From Bacilli bacterium (GTDB lineage Bacteria > Bacillota_I > Bacilli_A > RF39 > UBA660): a stretch of 64,000 nucleotides of DNA. Shown piece after piece: positions 1 to 8,522 of this stretch. How positions within the stretch are numbered: position 1 is the stretch's first letter; every line of letters starts with the position of its first letter. The position numbers and the translations under genes were made by a program. The notes below the pieces were generated by a model that was given only the letters and a program-made list of their open reading frames with translations, did no database searches and was not told where the DNA came from. The DNA lies in the NCBI GenBank assembly GCA_045649455.1, contig JAZRPV010000058.1, forward strand, positions 106 through 64,105, read 5' to 3'.

Positions 1-557
1 TTACCACTACGTGAACCTAACATACAACTCATTAAACATTCTCCTGAGTATGAGATACATAAAGCTCCATGAATAAATACTTCTTTTTCTATTGGTGTTT
101 TAATTTGTTCTATTTCTTTAAGAGTCATTTCTCTTGAAAAGACAATTCTTTTTACACCAATACTATGATAAAATTCTGCAGTATCACGTGAAGATGTATT
201 TGCTTGAGTTGAAGCGTGAATTTCTAGTTCTGGATATTTTTCTCTTACTAAGCAAATCATACCAAAGTCTTGCATGATAAGAGCATCTACTCCACTCTTA
301 TATAAGAACTCTATTTGTCCTAGGAAGTATGGAACTTCTTCATCCTTTACTAGTGTATTCATTGTTACATATAATTTAACTCCATATAGATGACAAATTT
401 TTACGGCTTGTTGTATTTCATTGTTATCAAAATTTTTGGCAAATTTTCTAGCACCAAAGTTTTTGCAACCAATGTATACAGCATCTGCTCCATTTGCTAC
501 AGCTTGTGTTAAACATTGCATATCTCCTGCTGGTACTAATAATTCATGTTTTACCAT
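1..557 (-). CDS. Peptidase U32 family protein, N-terminal part (gene runs off the left edge)
   Basis: Not in the ORF track because no stop lies in the window. Minus-strand ATG at 557 is preceded by GAGGTGA. Translation MVKHELLVPAGDMQCLTQAVANGADAVYIGCKNFGARKFAKNF... is a typical U32 (collagenase-like) N-terminus. Confidence 0.7.
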   Translation of the reverse strand, partial: MVKHELLVPAGDMQCLTQAVANGADAVYIGCKNFGARKFAKNFDNNEIQQAVKICHLYGVKLYVTMNTLVKDEEVPYFLGQIEFLYKSGVDALIMQDFGMICLVREKYPELEIHASTQANTSSRDTAEFYHSIGVKRIVFSREMTLKEIEQIKTPIEKEVFIHGALCISYSGECLMSCMLGSRSG

Positions 558-640
558 TTTTTATCACCTCGACTATATATCATTATACCATATTTATTGT
601 TATTAATAGTATGATTTAAAATATTTTTATTGTTGATAGT

Positions 641-669
641 AAAATAAAAAAGAAGACTTTTGTCTTCTT
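641..669 (-). terminator. Intrinsic terminator downstream of rubrerythrin
   Basis: Stem aagaagac/gtcttctt with a tttt loop, followed on the minus strand by a T-rich run, directly after the stop at 672. Confidence 0.6.
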
Positions 670-671
670 AA

Positions 672-1214
672 TTACATATAGTTATCAGCTTTAACTTCCA
701 TGTAAGCTTTTGGATGTGCACATACTGGACATACTTCTAGAGCTTTTTCTCCTTCATATACATGTCCACAGTTGCGGCATACCCAAATTTTATTTCCATC
801 TTTTTTGAATACTCTATCATCTTTAACATTGCTTAATAATGTTAAATATCTTTGTTCATGTTCTTTTTCAATTTTTCCTACTTCTTCGAAAAGGAATGCT
901 AAACGAGTGAATCCTTCTTCTCTAGCAGTTTCAGCAAATTCTTTATACATTTCTGTATATTCATAGTTTTCTCCATTTGCTGCATCTAATAAATTTTCTT
1001 CTGTAGATGGGATTTGTCCACCATGTAATTCTTTAAACCATAATTTAGCATGTTCTTTTTCATTTTCAGCTGTTTCTAAGAAGATAGCTGCTAATTGTTC
1101 ATAACCATCTTTTTTAGCTTTGCTTGCGTAATAAGTATATTTGTTACGAGCTTGACTTTCTCCTGCAAATGCAGTCATTAAGTTTTGTTCTGTTTTACTT
1201 CCTTTTAATTCCAT
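672..1214 (-). CDS. rbr: Rubrerythrin
   Basis: N-terminal ferritin-like di-iron domain (TEQNLMTAFAGESQARNKY..., ENEKEHAKLW, EKEHEQRY) and C-terminal rubredoxin-like CRNCG...CPVC. Good RBS. Confidence 0.9.
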   Translation of the reverse strand: MELKGSKTEQNLMTAFAGESQARNKYTYYASKAKKDGYEQLAAIFLETAENEKEHAKLWFKELHGGQIPSTEENLLDAANGENYEYTEMYKEFAETAREEGFTRLAFLFEEVGKIEKEHEQRYLTLLSNVKDDRVFKKDGNKIWVCRNCGHVYEGEKALEVCPVCAHPKAYMEVKADNYM

Positions 1215-1282
1215 AAATTATACCTCTTTCCTTTAATTTATTTACAATATTATTATACTATATTTTTTGAATTTTTATATAA

Positions 1283-1666
1283 TTATTTATTACAATTTGA
1301 ACAAGTTCCTTCTAAAAGAATAGTTGCCCTATCAATTGTAATTTTATTTTTCTTTTCAATTGATTCAAAAATATCATTGTAATCATTATCAAATATATCA
1401 ATTATTTTTCCACACTTTTTACAAAGTAAATGATCATGACTAGAAATATCTATATCATAATGATAACTATCATCAGTATTATTAGGTAGTTTTATTATTT
1501 TACCTTCTTCAACTAATTTATTAACATTTCGATAAATAGTTGCTTGACCAATACTTGGATATTTTTCTTTAGCTAATTCATATATTTCGTGTATAGTAGG
1601 ATGAATTCTATTAGCTTGTAAAATATCTAAAATTATTTCTTTTTGTTTTGTATTTCTACTAGTCAT
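1283..1666 (-). CDS. Fur family transcriptional regulator (PerR-like by context next to rubrerythrin)
   Basis: MTSRNTKQKEIILDIL...HPTIHEIYE...GQATIYRNVNKL winged helix plus CKKCG and CSNC metal sites. Start moved to the ATG at 1666, which has AAGGAG upstream; the track start at 1696 lacks an RBS. Confidence 0.8.
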   Translation of the reverse strand: MTSRNTKQKEIILDILQANRIHPTIHEIYELAKEKYPSIGQATIYRNVNKLVEEGKIIKLPNNTDDSYHYDIDISSHDHLLCKKCGKIIDIFDNDYNDIFESIEKKNKITIDRATILLEGTCSNCNK

Positions 1667-1762
1667 AATAATCTCCTTATTGATAATCATTATCATTATT
1701 ATATCATATCATTTGATGTTGTCAATTATTTTTTTTATGAATAAATTATTATAGGTGATTAT

Positions 1763-1972
1763 ATGAAGAGACATCCTTTCTTTTGTAGATGTAACTATTG
1801 TAAACAAAAAAGAAGAAGTAGTATCTTCTATCTAGGATTTATTTTGATGTTTTTGATTGTTATTTTTTATCAACTAATCCTTCTTGTCTTTATAACTACT
1901 AGACTTAATGCAATTATTTTATTATTAGAATTTATTTTTATTTGGGGATTAATCTTCTTTATTGTATTTTGA
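1763..1972 (+). CDS. Possible small membrane protein with N-terminal Cys motif (CRCNYC) and two hydrophobic helices
   Basis: Lies mostly in an otherwise empty gap. AGGTGATTAT-ATG is the same RBS context as the plus-strand TspO-like gene at 55113. No recognisable family. Confidence 0.3.
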   Translation: MKRHPFFCRCNYCKQKRRSSIFYLGFILMFLIVIFYQLILLVFITTRLNAIILLLEFIFIWGLIFFIVF

Positions 1973-2770
1973 GATAAATTCAGTTGTTTTTGTTACATAG
2001 TCTATTAAATATTTTGTATTAATTGTATTTGTTATTTCTTGATTATTAAAAGTTATTTTTTCAATTAGTGTTAGTTTTGATAGTAGTAGTAATAACTCTG
2101 GTTTATTTAATTTATATTTAGAATTATATAATTCAAATAATGGAGAGAATTCTAGTGATTTATATTCATTTTGATATAAGTTTATAAAGTCATAAATAAC
2201 TAAATCTTTTTTATAATTGTCCCATGATGTTAGATAGTAATTATTTTCTTCTTGTTTTAATATTTTTGTACGTAGATTTTGATGAAGAAGAGCTTTTCTA
2301 CAAGTCTTTTCTTCTTTTATTGTGTTGTACCATCTATCTATTAAGTTTTCTCCAATGTTTAGTAGTTTGTAAATTTTAGATATGTTTCTAATGAGTAAAT
2401 ATTCTGATGGTGAGAAGTATAATTTCATTTCTATTTTATCTTGAAGAGAATAATAATAGTCTTTTAATCTATATATTTCTTCTTTGGTATCTTCATATAT
2501 TTCTTTTATTTCATTTTGAGATATTGGTTCATATGTTGTTGTTTTAGTATGAAGATTAGTTAATATATAAATTAAATCGATGGCTTTATCTTCTTTAGAA
2601 ATATTATCATCAATATATCTATATGTTTCTGTTTTAGTTGTTTCTTCTAATGGTTCTAAATAATTAGTAAAGTTTCTACTTGATAAATAATTATATAATT
2701 CTTGTTTTTGTCTTACTTTAATTTTCTTTTGATACTTAAGATTATTATTTATTATTATTCTATTTGTCAT
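1949..2770 (-). CDS. YsxE/CotS-like spore-coat-associated protein (degenerate kinase-like fold), tentative
   Basis: Sits immediately downstream of, and overlapping, the SpoVID-like gene, as ysxE does in Bacillus. Has weak CotS-like segments (LLHQNL..., SWDNYKKDLVIYDF). Call rests on position and weak motifs only. Confidence 0.3.
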   Translation of the reverse strand: MTNRIIINNNLKYQKKIKVRQKQELYNYLSSRNFTNYLEPLEETTKTETYRYIDDNISKEDKAIDLIYILTNLHTKTTTYEPISQNEIKEIYEDTKEEIYRLKDYYYSLQDKIEMKLYFSPSEYLLIRNISKIYKLLNIGENLIDRWYNTIKEEKTCRKALLHQNLRTKILKQEENNYYLTSWDNYKKDLVIYDFINLYQNEYKSLEFSPLFELYNSKYKLNKPELLLLLSKLTLIEKITFNNQEITNTINTKYLIDYVTKTTEFISKYNKED

Positions 2771-3443
2771 TTACTGGGATTATTATTTTACTTCCTTCAG
2801 TTATATTAGATAAATCATTATACTCTTCTAGTTCTTCTTTGGTAATTTTATATTTATCTAGGACAGTTTGAATTGTTTCATCTTGTCTAATTATATAGAT
2901 GCTATAAGTAGTGAAGGTATCTTCATCATCTTTTAGGTTTGAAAATAGTGATTGTTCTTCTTCAAATTCTTCTCTTAATTCTTCTACTGGTGGTTCAGTT
3001 TTTTCTTCTTTTTCTTTTTGATGTGGTATTTCTATTTCTTTATTTATGTCTCCATCACATTCTCTGATTTCTTCTATTTGTCTTTCTACTTCTTCTAGAG
3101 GTGGTTCTTCTATTAAGATTTCTTCTAGACCTTCTACTAAGACATCAATATGACAAACTAAGTTTTCTTCATCCTCAATTTCATAAAAGAAATCATCTAT
3201 TGTTATTTTTCCAGTTGTTACATCAATATTTTCTGTTAACATGATTTCTGTTGGTACTTTAAAATTAAAATTATCTTCTATACATGAAGCTTCTGTTAAT
3301 TTATATGTTCCAGAAATTAGAAAGGCTCCTTCAATTAAAGTTGGAGATTTAAATGCTAAGGTATGTTCTAATGAGATAGATGTAATTTCACCTACCATAG
3401 ATGGAAATTCTAATTTCTTTTCAAATGATATTATTTTTTTCAT
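2760..3443 (-). CDS. SpoVID-like protein (N-terminal SPOCS-like region, acidic linker, C-terminal LysM)
   Basis: C-terminal LysM (YSIYIIRQDETIQTVLDKYKITKEELEEYNDLSNITEGSKIIIP), a Glu-rich middle and an N-terminal beta-rich domain. Synteny tig-lon...spoVID-ysxE resembles Bacillus. Confidence 0.5.
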   Translation of the reverse strand: MKKIISFEKKLEFPSMVGEITSISLEHTLAFKSPTLIEGAFLISGTYKLTEASCIEDNFNFKVPTEIMLTENIDVTTGKITIDDFFYEIEDEENLVCHIDVLVEGLEEILIEEPPLEEVERQIEEIRECDGDINKEIEIPHQKEKEEKTEPPVEELREEFEEEQSLFSNLKDDEDTFTTYSIYIIRQDETIQTVLDKYKITKEELEEYNDLSNITEGSKIIIPVNDK

Positions 3444-3482
3444 AAATATCCTCCTAGATAATTGTATGAAAAAAAAGAATCA

Positions 3483-4139
3483 TTATGATTGATTCTTTTG
3501 TTCTTCTATTAATCCTAAAGTAAATTTAGCACCTTTTTTAAGTTTTAATTTTGTTAATTGAAAGGCATTTTCTTTTTCTATTTGCTTACATCTTTCTCTT
3601 GCAGTTTGATACATTTCTGGTGTCATTATATCTAGGTCAACTGCAATAAAGAATGTTACTGCTCCTAGAAATGAAACATCATCTACTAATGAGGTATCAT
3701 TTGCTTTTAATCCTACATAAGTATCATAATCTTTAGATATTGTAGTGACAAAGTCTTCTAATGTATCAAATTCTAATAACCTGATATCTTCGTGCATACA
3801 GATATATTCATCTATTACAGCATTTTCTCTTTCGTTGGTCATTGTACTTAGACCATTTAGTTGACCAATAATTTCATTAGATTGTTTATTTAGATTTGGA
3901 TCTCTATATATAAATCTAAAATGATTAACCATATCATATACTTTATCTTTAATAGAGTCATCTAATAGATAGATTACACATTCATTTTCTAGTACTCTTA
4001 ATGTTTGTTCTAGAAACAAAGCATATTCTTCTTGTGATGAATATCTTTTTCTTAATTCATCTTTAGATAGAGTTATAACATTCTTTTTATATTCTAATAA
4101 TTGGATAAATTCTTCTTTACTATAATCCAAGTACTCCAC
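3483..4139 (-). CDS. Hypothetical protein
   Basis: Long uninterrupted ORF overlapping the lon stop by 20 nt. No family recognised and no GTPase motifs, so it is not EngB. Confidence 0.55.
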   Translation of the reverse strand: MEYLDYSKEEFIQLLEYKKNVITLSKDELRKRYSSQEEYALFLEQTLRVLENECVIYLLDDSIKDKVYDMVNHFRFIYRDPNLNKQSNEIIGQLNGLSTMTNERENAVIDEYICMHEDIRLLEFDTLEDFVTTISKDYDTYVGLKANDTSLVDDVSFLGAVTFFIAVDLDIMTPEMYQTARERCKQIEKENAFQLTKLKLKKGAKFTLGLIEEQKNQS

Positions 4140-6441
4140 CTACTTTAAATATTTTTTTGTATAACTCACTATAATTTTTTACATAGATGAATTTTGTATC
4201 TTTTTTAATTTCATCTGGTATTTCAGCTACATCTTTTTCATTTTCTACTGGTAAGAATACTTTTCTTATTCCTGCACGATGAGCACCTATTACTTTTTCT
4301 TTTAATCCACCTATTGGTAAAATTCTACCTCTTAGTGTTATTTCTCCTGTCATAGCAATTGTTTTATCGACAGCTTTATTTGTTAATAGACTTATTAATG
4401 CAGTTGTAATTGTTATTCCAGCAGATGGTCCATCTTTATTTACCGCACCTTCTGGTACGTGAATATGAATATCATTTTCAGTAAATAATTTTTCATCTAT
4501 ATTAAATTTTTTCATATTAGATTTTATATAGCTTAATGCAATATGACAAGACTCTTGCATTACATCTCCTAAGGAACCAGTTAATATTAATTCTCCTTTT
4601 CCTTTGAACGATGTTGCTTCTATTGGAAGAACGTCTCCACCGAAAACTGTGTAGGCCATTCCGTTTACAACTCCAACTTCTTCTTTCTTATGGTTCTTTG
4701 TAGATGGATATTTTTCTTTTCCAAGTAGTTCTTCTACTTTTTGTTCATCTACATGATAGAATGATAAATCTTGTTCTAATAAAATCTTTTTAACTATTTT
4801 TCTAAAGATAGTAGCGATTGAACGTTCTAAGTCTCTTACTCCCGCTTCTTTTGTATAGTTATTAATTATTAATTTAATTGCTTCATCTGTTATATCTACT
4901 TGTAATGAAGTTAGTCCATGCTCTTCTAATTCTTTTGGAATTAAGTGATTTTTGGCAATATCTAATTTTTCATATTCTGTATAACTAGATAAATTTATTA
5001 TTTCTAATCTATCTCTTAATTCGTATGGGATTTGTTCTATGTAGTTTGCTGTTGCGATGAATAATACTTTTGACAAGTCAAAATCTTCTTCTATATAGTG
5101 ATCTGAGAACTTATTATTTTGTTCTGGATCTAGCACTTCTAATAAACTACTTGCAGGGTCTCCTTTTATATCTTTAGTCATTTTATCTATTTCATCAATT
5201 ATAAAGACTGGGTTTGTTGTTCCGGCTTTTCTAATACCTTGAATAATACGACCTGGATTTGCTCCGATATATGTTCTTCTGTGTCCAATTATTTCGGCTT
5301 CATCATTTATTCCACCAACACTAATTTTGGCAGTTTTTCTATTTAAACTTTTTGCAATACTAATTGCTAGAGATGTTTTACCTACTCCAGGTGGTCCAAC
5401 TAAACATAAAATTGGACTACGTAGATTATTTGTATTTTGTTTTACTGCTAAATACTCTAAGATACGTTCTTTTACTTCATCTAAAGCATAATGAGATGAA
5501 TCTAAGATACTTTTTACTTTCTTTAAATCTGTTGTATCTTTTGTGTAGTTATTCCATGGAAGATTTAACATCCAATCTAAGTATTCTCTAATCATTCCTA
5601 ATTCTGGTGAATTAGAGTTTGCTGCTTCATAACGAGATAATTCTCTTTTTATTTTTTCAGTTACTTTAGGAGAACATTTTAATTTAGATAATTTTTTATT
5701 AAAATTAATTACTTCTTCATCTTTAGAATTAGCTTCTCCTAATTCTTTTTGCATTGCTTTGATTTTTTCTCTTAGGAAATATTCCTTTTGTGTTTGATTT
5801 AATTCTTTATCTACTTCTCTTTCTATTTTTTGTTCTAGTTCAATAAATTTTAAATCTTGAGTCATATCTTCAATTAGATGTTTACATCTTTCGATAGGAT
5901 CAACTGTTGTTATATATTTTTTCTTTCTCTTATAATCAATATTTAAGAAAGATGCGATTAAGTCACATAAATCATTTAAATTATCTACTTTATTTAATTG
6001 TGTAATAATTGCATTTCCCATGTATGGTACTTTATCAATATATTGTTCTAATGATTTTATTAAAATATTATAGTAGTCGTCTTCTTCTTGTTTTTTAGCA
6101 TGATGTATTTCATTATAATTAGCATAGAAGAAATGTTCATCGCTATTGTAATTTGTAACTTCTACTCTTTCTAAACCTTCAATAACAATTCTTGTTTTTC
6201 CATTAGGAACATTCATTTTTAATTTTAAGCGACCTAAAACTCCATAATTTGGAAGTGCTGTTACATCAAGTTTGGCATCTTCATCAATTGGGTTTACTAT
6301 TAACATTAAATCATTGTCTAATTTTTCAATAATACTTATCATTTGTTTATCAAAAGTATTATCGTATTCAACACGTACTTCATTATTGGGGAAGATTACC
6401 ATATCGTTGATTATTAATACTAATAACTTGTCTTGTTGCAT
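4120..6441 (-). CDS. lon: ATP-dependent Lon protease
   Basis: LON N-domain, AAA+ Walker A GPPGVGKTS, Walker B FIIDEIDK, protease motif DGPSAGIT with GGLKEK. Confidence 0.95.
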   Translation of the reverse strand: MQQDKLLVLIINDMVIFPNNEVRVEYDNTFDKQMISIIEKLDNDLMLIVNPIDEDAKLDVTALPNYGVLGRLKLKMNVPNGKTRIVIEGLERVEVTNYNSDEHFFYANYNEIHHAKKQEEDDYYNILIKSLEQYIDKVPYMGNAIITQLNKVDNLNDLCDLIASFLNIDYKRKKKYITTVDPIERCKHLIEDMTQDLKFIELEQKIEREVDKELNQTQKEYFLREKIKAMQKELGEANSKDEEVINFNKKLSKLKCSPKVTEKIKRELSRYEAANSNSPELGMIREYLDWMLNLPWNNYTKDTTDLKKVKSILDSSHYALDEVKERILEYLAVKQNTNNLRSPILCLVGPPGVGKTSLAISIAKSLNRKTAKISVGGINDEAEIIGHRRTYIGANPGRIIQGIRKAGTTNPVFIIDEIDKMTKDIKGDPASSLLEVLDPEQNNKFSDHYIEEDFDLSKVLFIATANYIEQIPYELRDRLEIINLSSYTEYEKLDIAKNHLIPKELEEHGLTSLQVDITDEAIKLIINNYTKEAGVRDLERSIATIFRKIVKKILLEQDLSFYHVDEQKVEELLGKEKYPSTKNHKKEEVGVVNGMAYTVFGGDVLPIEATSFKGKGELILTGSLGDVMQESCHIALSYIKSNMKKFNIDEKLFTENDIHIHVPEGAVNKDGPSAGITITTALISLLTNKAVDKTIAMTGEITLRGRILPIGGLKEKVIGAHRAGIRKVFLPVENEKDVAEIPDEIKKDTKFIYVKNYSELYKKIFKVGGVLGL

Positions 6442-6531
6442 GGATATTCCACCTCCAATTTTTTTATATCTTACTATTATAAATGAAATATTATTTTTTT
6501 CAAGAAAATAAGGGTAATTTATTCATTTTTT

Positions 6532-6560
6532 AAAATAAAAAAGAACTCAATTGAGTTCTT
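6532..6560 (-). terminator. Intrinsic terminator downstream of tig
   Basis: Palindrome aagaactcaattgagttctt followed on the minus strand by TTTTATTTT. Confidence 0.6.
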
Positions 6561-6565
6561 TTAAA

Positions 6566-7870
6566 TTATTTATTTAATTCTTTTAATAATTCGATTGTTT
6601 TACGAACTTCTAAGTCGTATTGAACCATATCGATTCCACCAAATTGTTTTAAGAATTCTGCTTTATCCATTTGATATTTATTAGCTAATTCTTCAGCTTC
6701 ATTTAAAGCTTCTTCTTTAGTTACTTCGATTTTTTCTTCTGTCATGATTTGTTCTAACATTAATCTATATAACACATTGTTGTAAGCTTCTTTTTCCATT
6801 TGAGATCTTAATGCTTCTTCATTAGATTGAGTGAATTGATAATATAAATCTAATGAGATTCCTTGCATTTTCATTTGTTCTTCAAATCTTCCAACTAAAC
6901 GATCAGTTTCTTCATCTACCATAGTTTGTGGAACATCTGCTTCAACGTTCTTAGCTACTGCTTCTAATAATGTATCAACATATTTATTTTCAGCTTCAGC
7001 TTCTTTTTGAGCTTGGATTGATTCTTTAATTTGTGCTTTTAAAGTTTCTTCAGAATTGATTCCTTCCATTCCTAAATCTTCAAAGAATTCTTCATCTAAT
7101 TCTCTAGCAACTTTTTGCTTAATTTCATTAACTTTAACTTTGAATACTACTGGTTGTCCTGCTAAGTCAGCAGCTCCGTATTCTTCTGGGAATGTTACAT
7201 TTAAATCTTTTTCTTCTCCTGTAGCCATTCCAATTACTTGTTCTTCAAATCCTGGAATAAATGTATTTGATCCGATTTCTAAAGAGTAATTTTCTCCTTT
7301 TCCACCATCAAATGCAACACCTTCTTTGAATCCTTCAAAATCGATAACAGCGATATCACCATTTTCAACTTTTCCTTCTTCTTTAACTACTAATTCTGTA
7401 TATCTTTCTAGTAAGTGTCCTAATTCATGATTTACTTCTTCGTCAGTTACTTCTACTGTTTCAGGTTTGATATTTAATCCTTTATATTTTTTAACAACTA
7501 CTTCTGGTTTAGTTGTAATTGTAAATACAAATTCAACTCCATTTTCATCGATTGATTTAATATCAACTTCTGGTTTTGTAACTGGGATTAATTTAGAATC
7601 AGTTATTGCTTTCATATAAGCAACTTGTACTGACATATCAGCAGCATCTATAAATAATGCTTCTTTTCCAAATTTCTTTTCGAAGATATCTCTAGGTACT
7701 TTACCAGCACGGAATCCATCAACTCTAACTGTTTTTTGTTTTCTAGCAAAAGCTTGATCTAATGCTTTAGTCCAGTCAGCTCCTTCAATTTTTACATTTA
7801 CTTTATGAACATTTGCTGGTTCTTTTCTAGTTTCTTCAATATTTTCTACTTTTGTTTCTTTTTTTGCCAT
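6566..7870 (-). CDS. tig: Trigger factor
   Basis: Ribosome-binding motif GFRAGKVP, central FKBP-type PPIase region (DFEGF...FIPGFEEQ) and a C-terminal helical arm domain. Confidence 0.95.
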   Translation of the reverse strand: MAKKETKVENIEETRKEPANVHKVNVKIEGADWTKALDQAFARKQKTVRVDGFRAGKVPRDIFEKKFGKEALFIDAADMSVQVAYMKAITDSKLIPVTKPEVDIKSIDENGVEFVFTITTKPEVVVKKYKGLNIKPETVEVTDEEVNHELGHLLERYTELVVKEEGKVENGDIAVIDFEGFKEGVAFDGGKGENYSLEIGSNTFIPGFEEQVIGMATGEEKDLNVTFPEEYGAADLAGQPVVFKVKVNEIKQKVARELDEEFFEDLGMEGINSEETLKAQIKESIQAQKEAEAENKYVDTLLEAVAKNVEADVPQTMVDEETDRLVGRFEEQMKMQGISLDLYYQFTQSNEEALRSQMEKEAYNNVLYRLMLEQIMTEEKIEVTKEEALNEAEELANKYQMDKAEFLKQFGGIDMVQYDLEVRKTIELLKELNK

Positions 7871-7934
7871 ATATATTCCTCCAACGTCTAATATTATACA
7901 TTATAATTTTTTTTAAGACAACCTTTTTAATATT

Positions 7935-7960
7935 AAAAAAAGTCCAATTACTTGGACTTT
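7935..7960 (-). terminator. Intrinsic terminator
   Basis: Stem agtccaa/ttggact followed by a T-run on the minus strand, just after the stop at 7963. Confidence 0.55.
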
Positions 7961-7962
7961 TA

Positions 7963-8460
7963 CTATTTAACATATTCTTTTGCGTTTTGTTTTTGTGTTA
8001 ATGGTAATAATGGATCTCCTTGGATAGCTCGTTTAGCTACTGAATATAAAACATTTCTTCTTTTTGGAATATTATGTTGATCAAATTCATCTATAATTTG
8101 TTGCCACATTTCTAGAGTTACTTTTTTCTCTACCCCATCGATGATATATCCAATAGTTTCACTTTTAAATTTTTCTATTGTCATTTCTGTATCTAGAGCT
8201 TGGTTTTTACCTAAAAATGTACAAAGAATTCTACGTTCGTTTGGATCCATTTTTTGTTTGAACTTTCTTATATAAGAAAGTAGTTGACCTGGTGCAAGGT
8301 CTGTTAAACAGAAGTAATCAGCAACTGTAAATGGTAGCGTCTTATCTTCTGTTAATGGAATATTTGTATATAAATGTTCCATTACATCTTTTATAGCTTT
8401 TTCATATTTATTACTTAGCATATCTACATGACATTTTTCTACTGTTAAATATGAAATCAT
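7963..8460 (-). CDS. Hypothetical protein
   Basis: Clean 165-aa ORF between terminators. No family recognised. Confidence 0.55.
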   Translation of the reverse strand: MISYLTVEKCHVDMLSNKYEKAIKDVMEHLYTNIPLTEDKTLPFTVADYFCLTDLAPGQLLSYIRKFKQKMDPNERRILCTFLGKNQALDTEMTIEKFKSETIGYIIDGVEKKVTLEMWQQIIDEFDQHNIPKRRNVLYSVAKRAIQGDPLLPLTQKQNAKEYVK

Positions 8461-8522
8461 ATTTTCATCCCCCTAAGCCAAATGTGCATACATTATACCA
8501 TATTTAGGCTTAGAAGTCAATT

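Noticed and set aside
421-606. 61-aa plus-strand ORF (TTG start)
   Set aside because: It is antisense to the clearly homologous U32 peptidase N-terminus on the minus strand.
6442-6531. Heat-shock operator (CtsR or CIRCE) upstream of lon
   Set aside because: A TTGAAA-16-TATAAT-like promoter is visible, but I could find no GGTCAAA direct repeat and no TTAGCACTC-N9-GAGTGCTAA palindrome.
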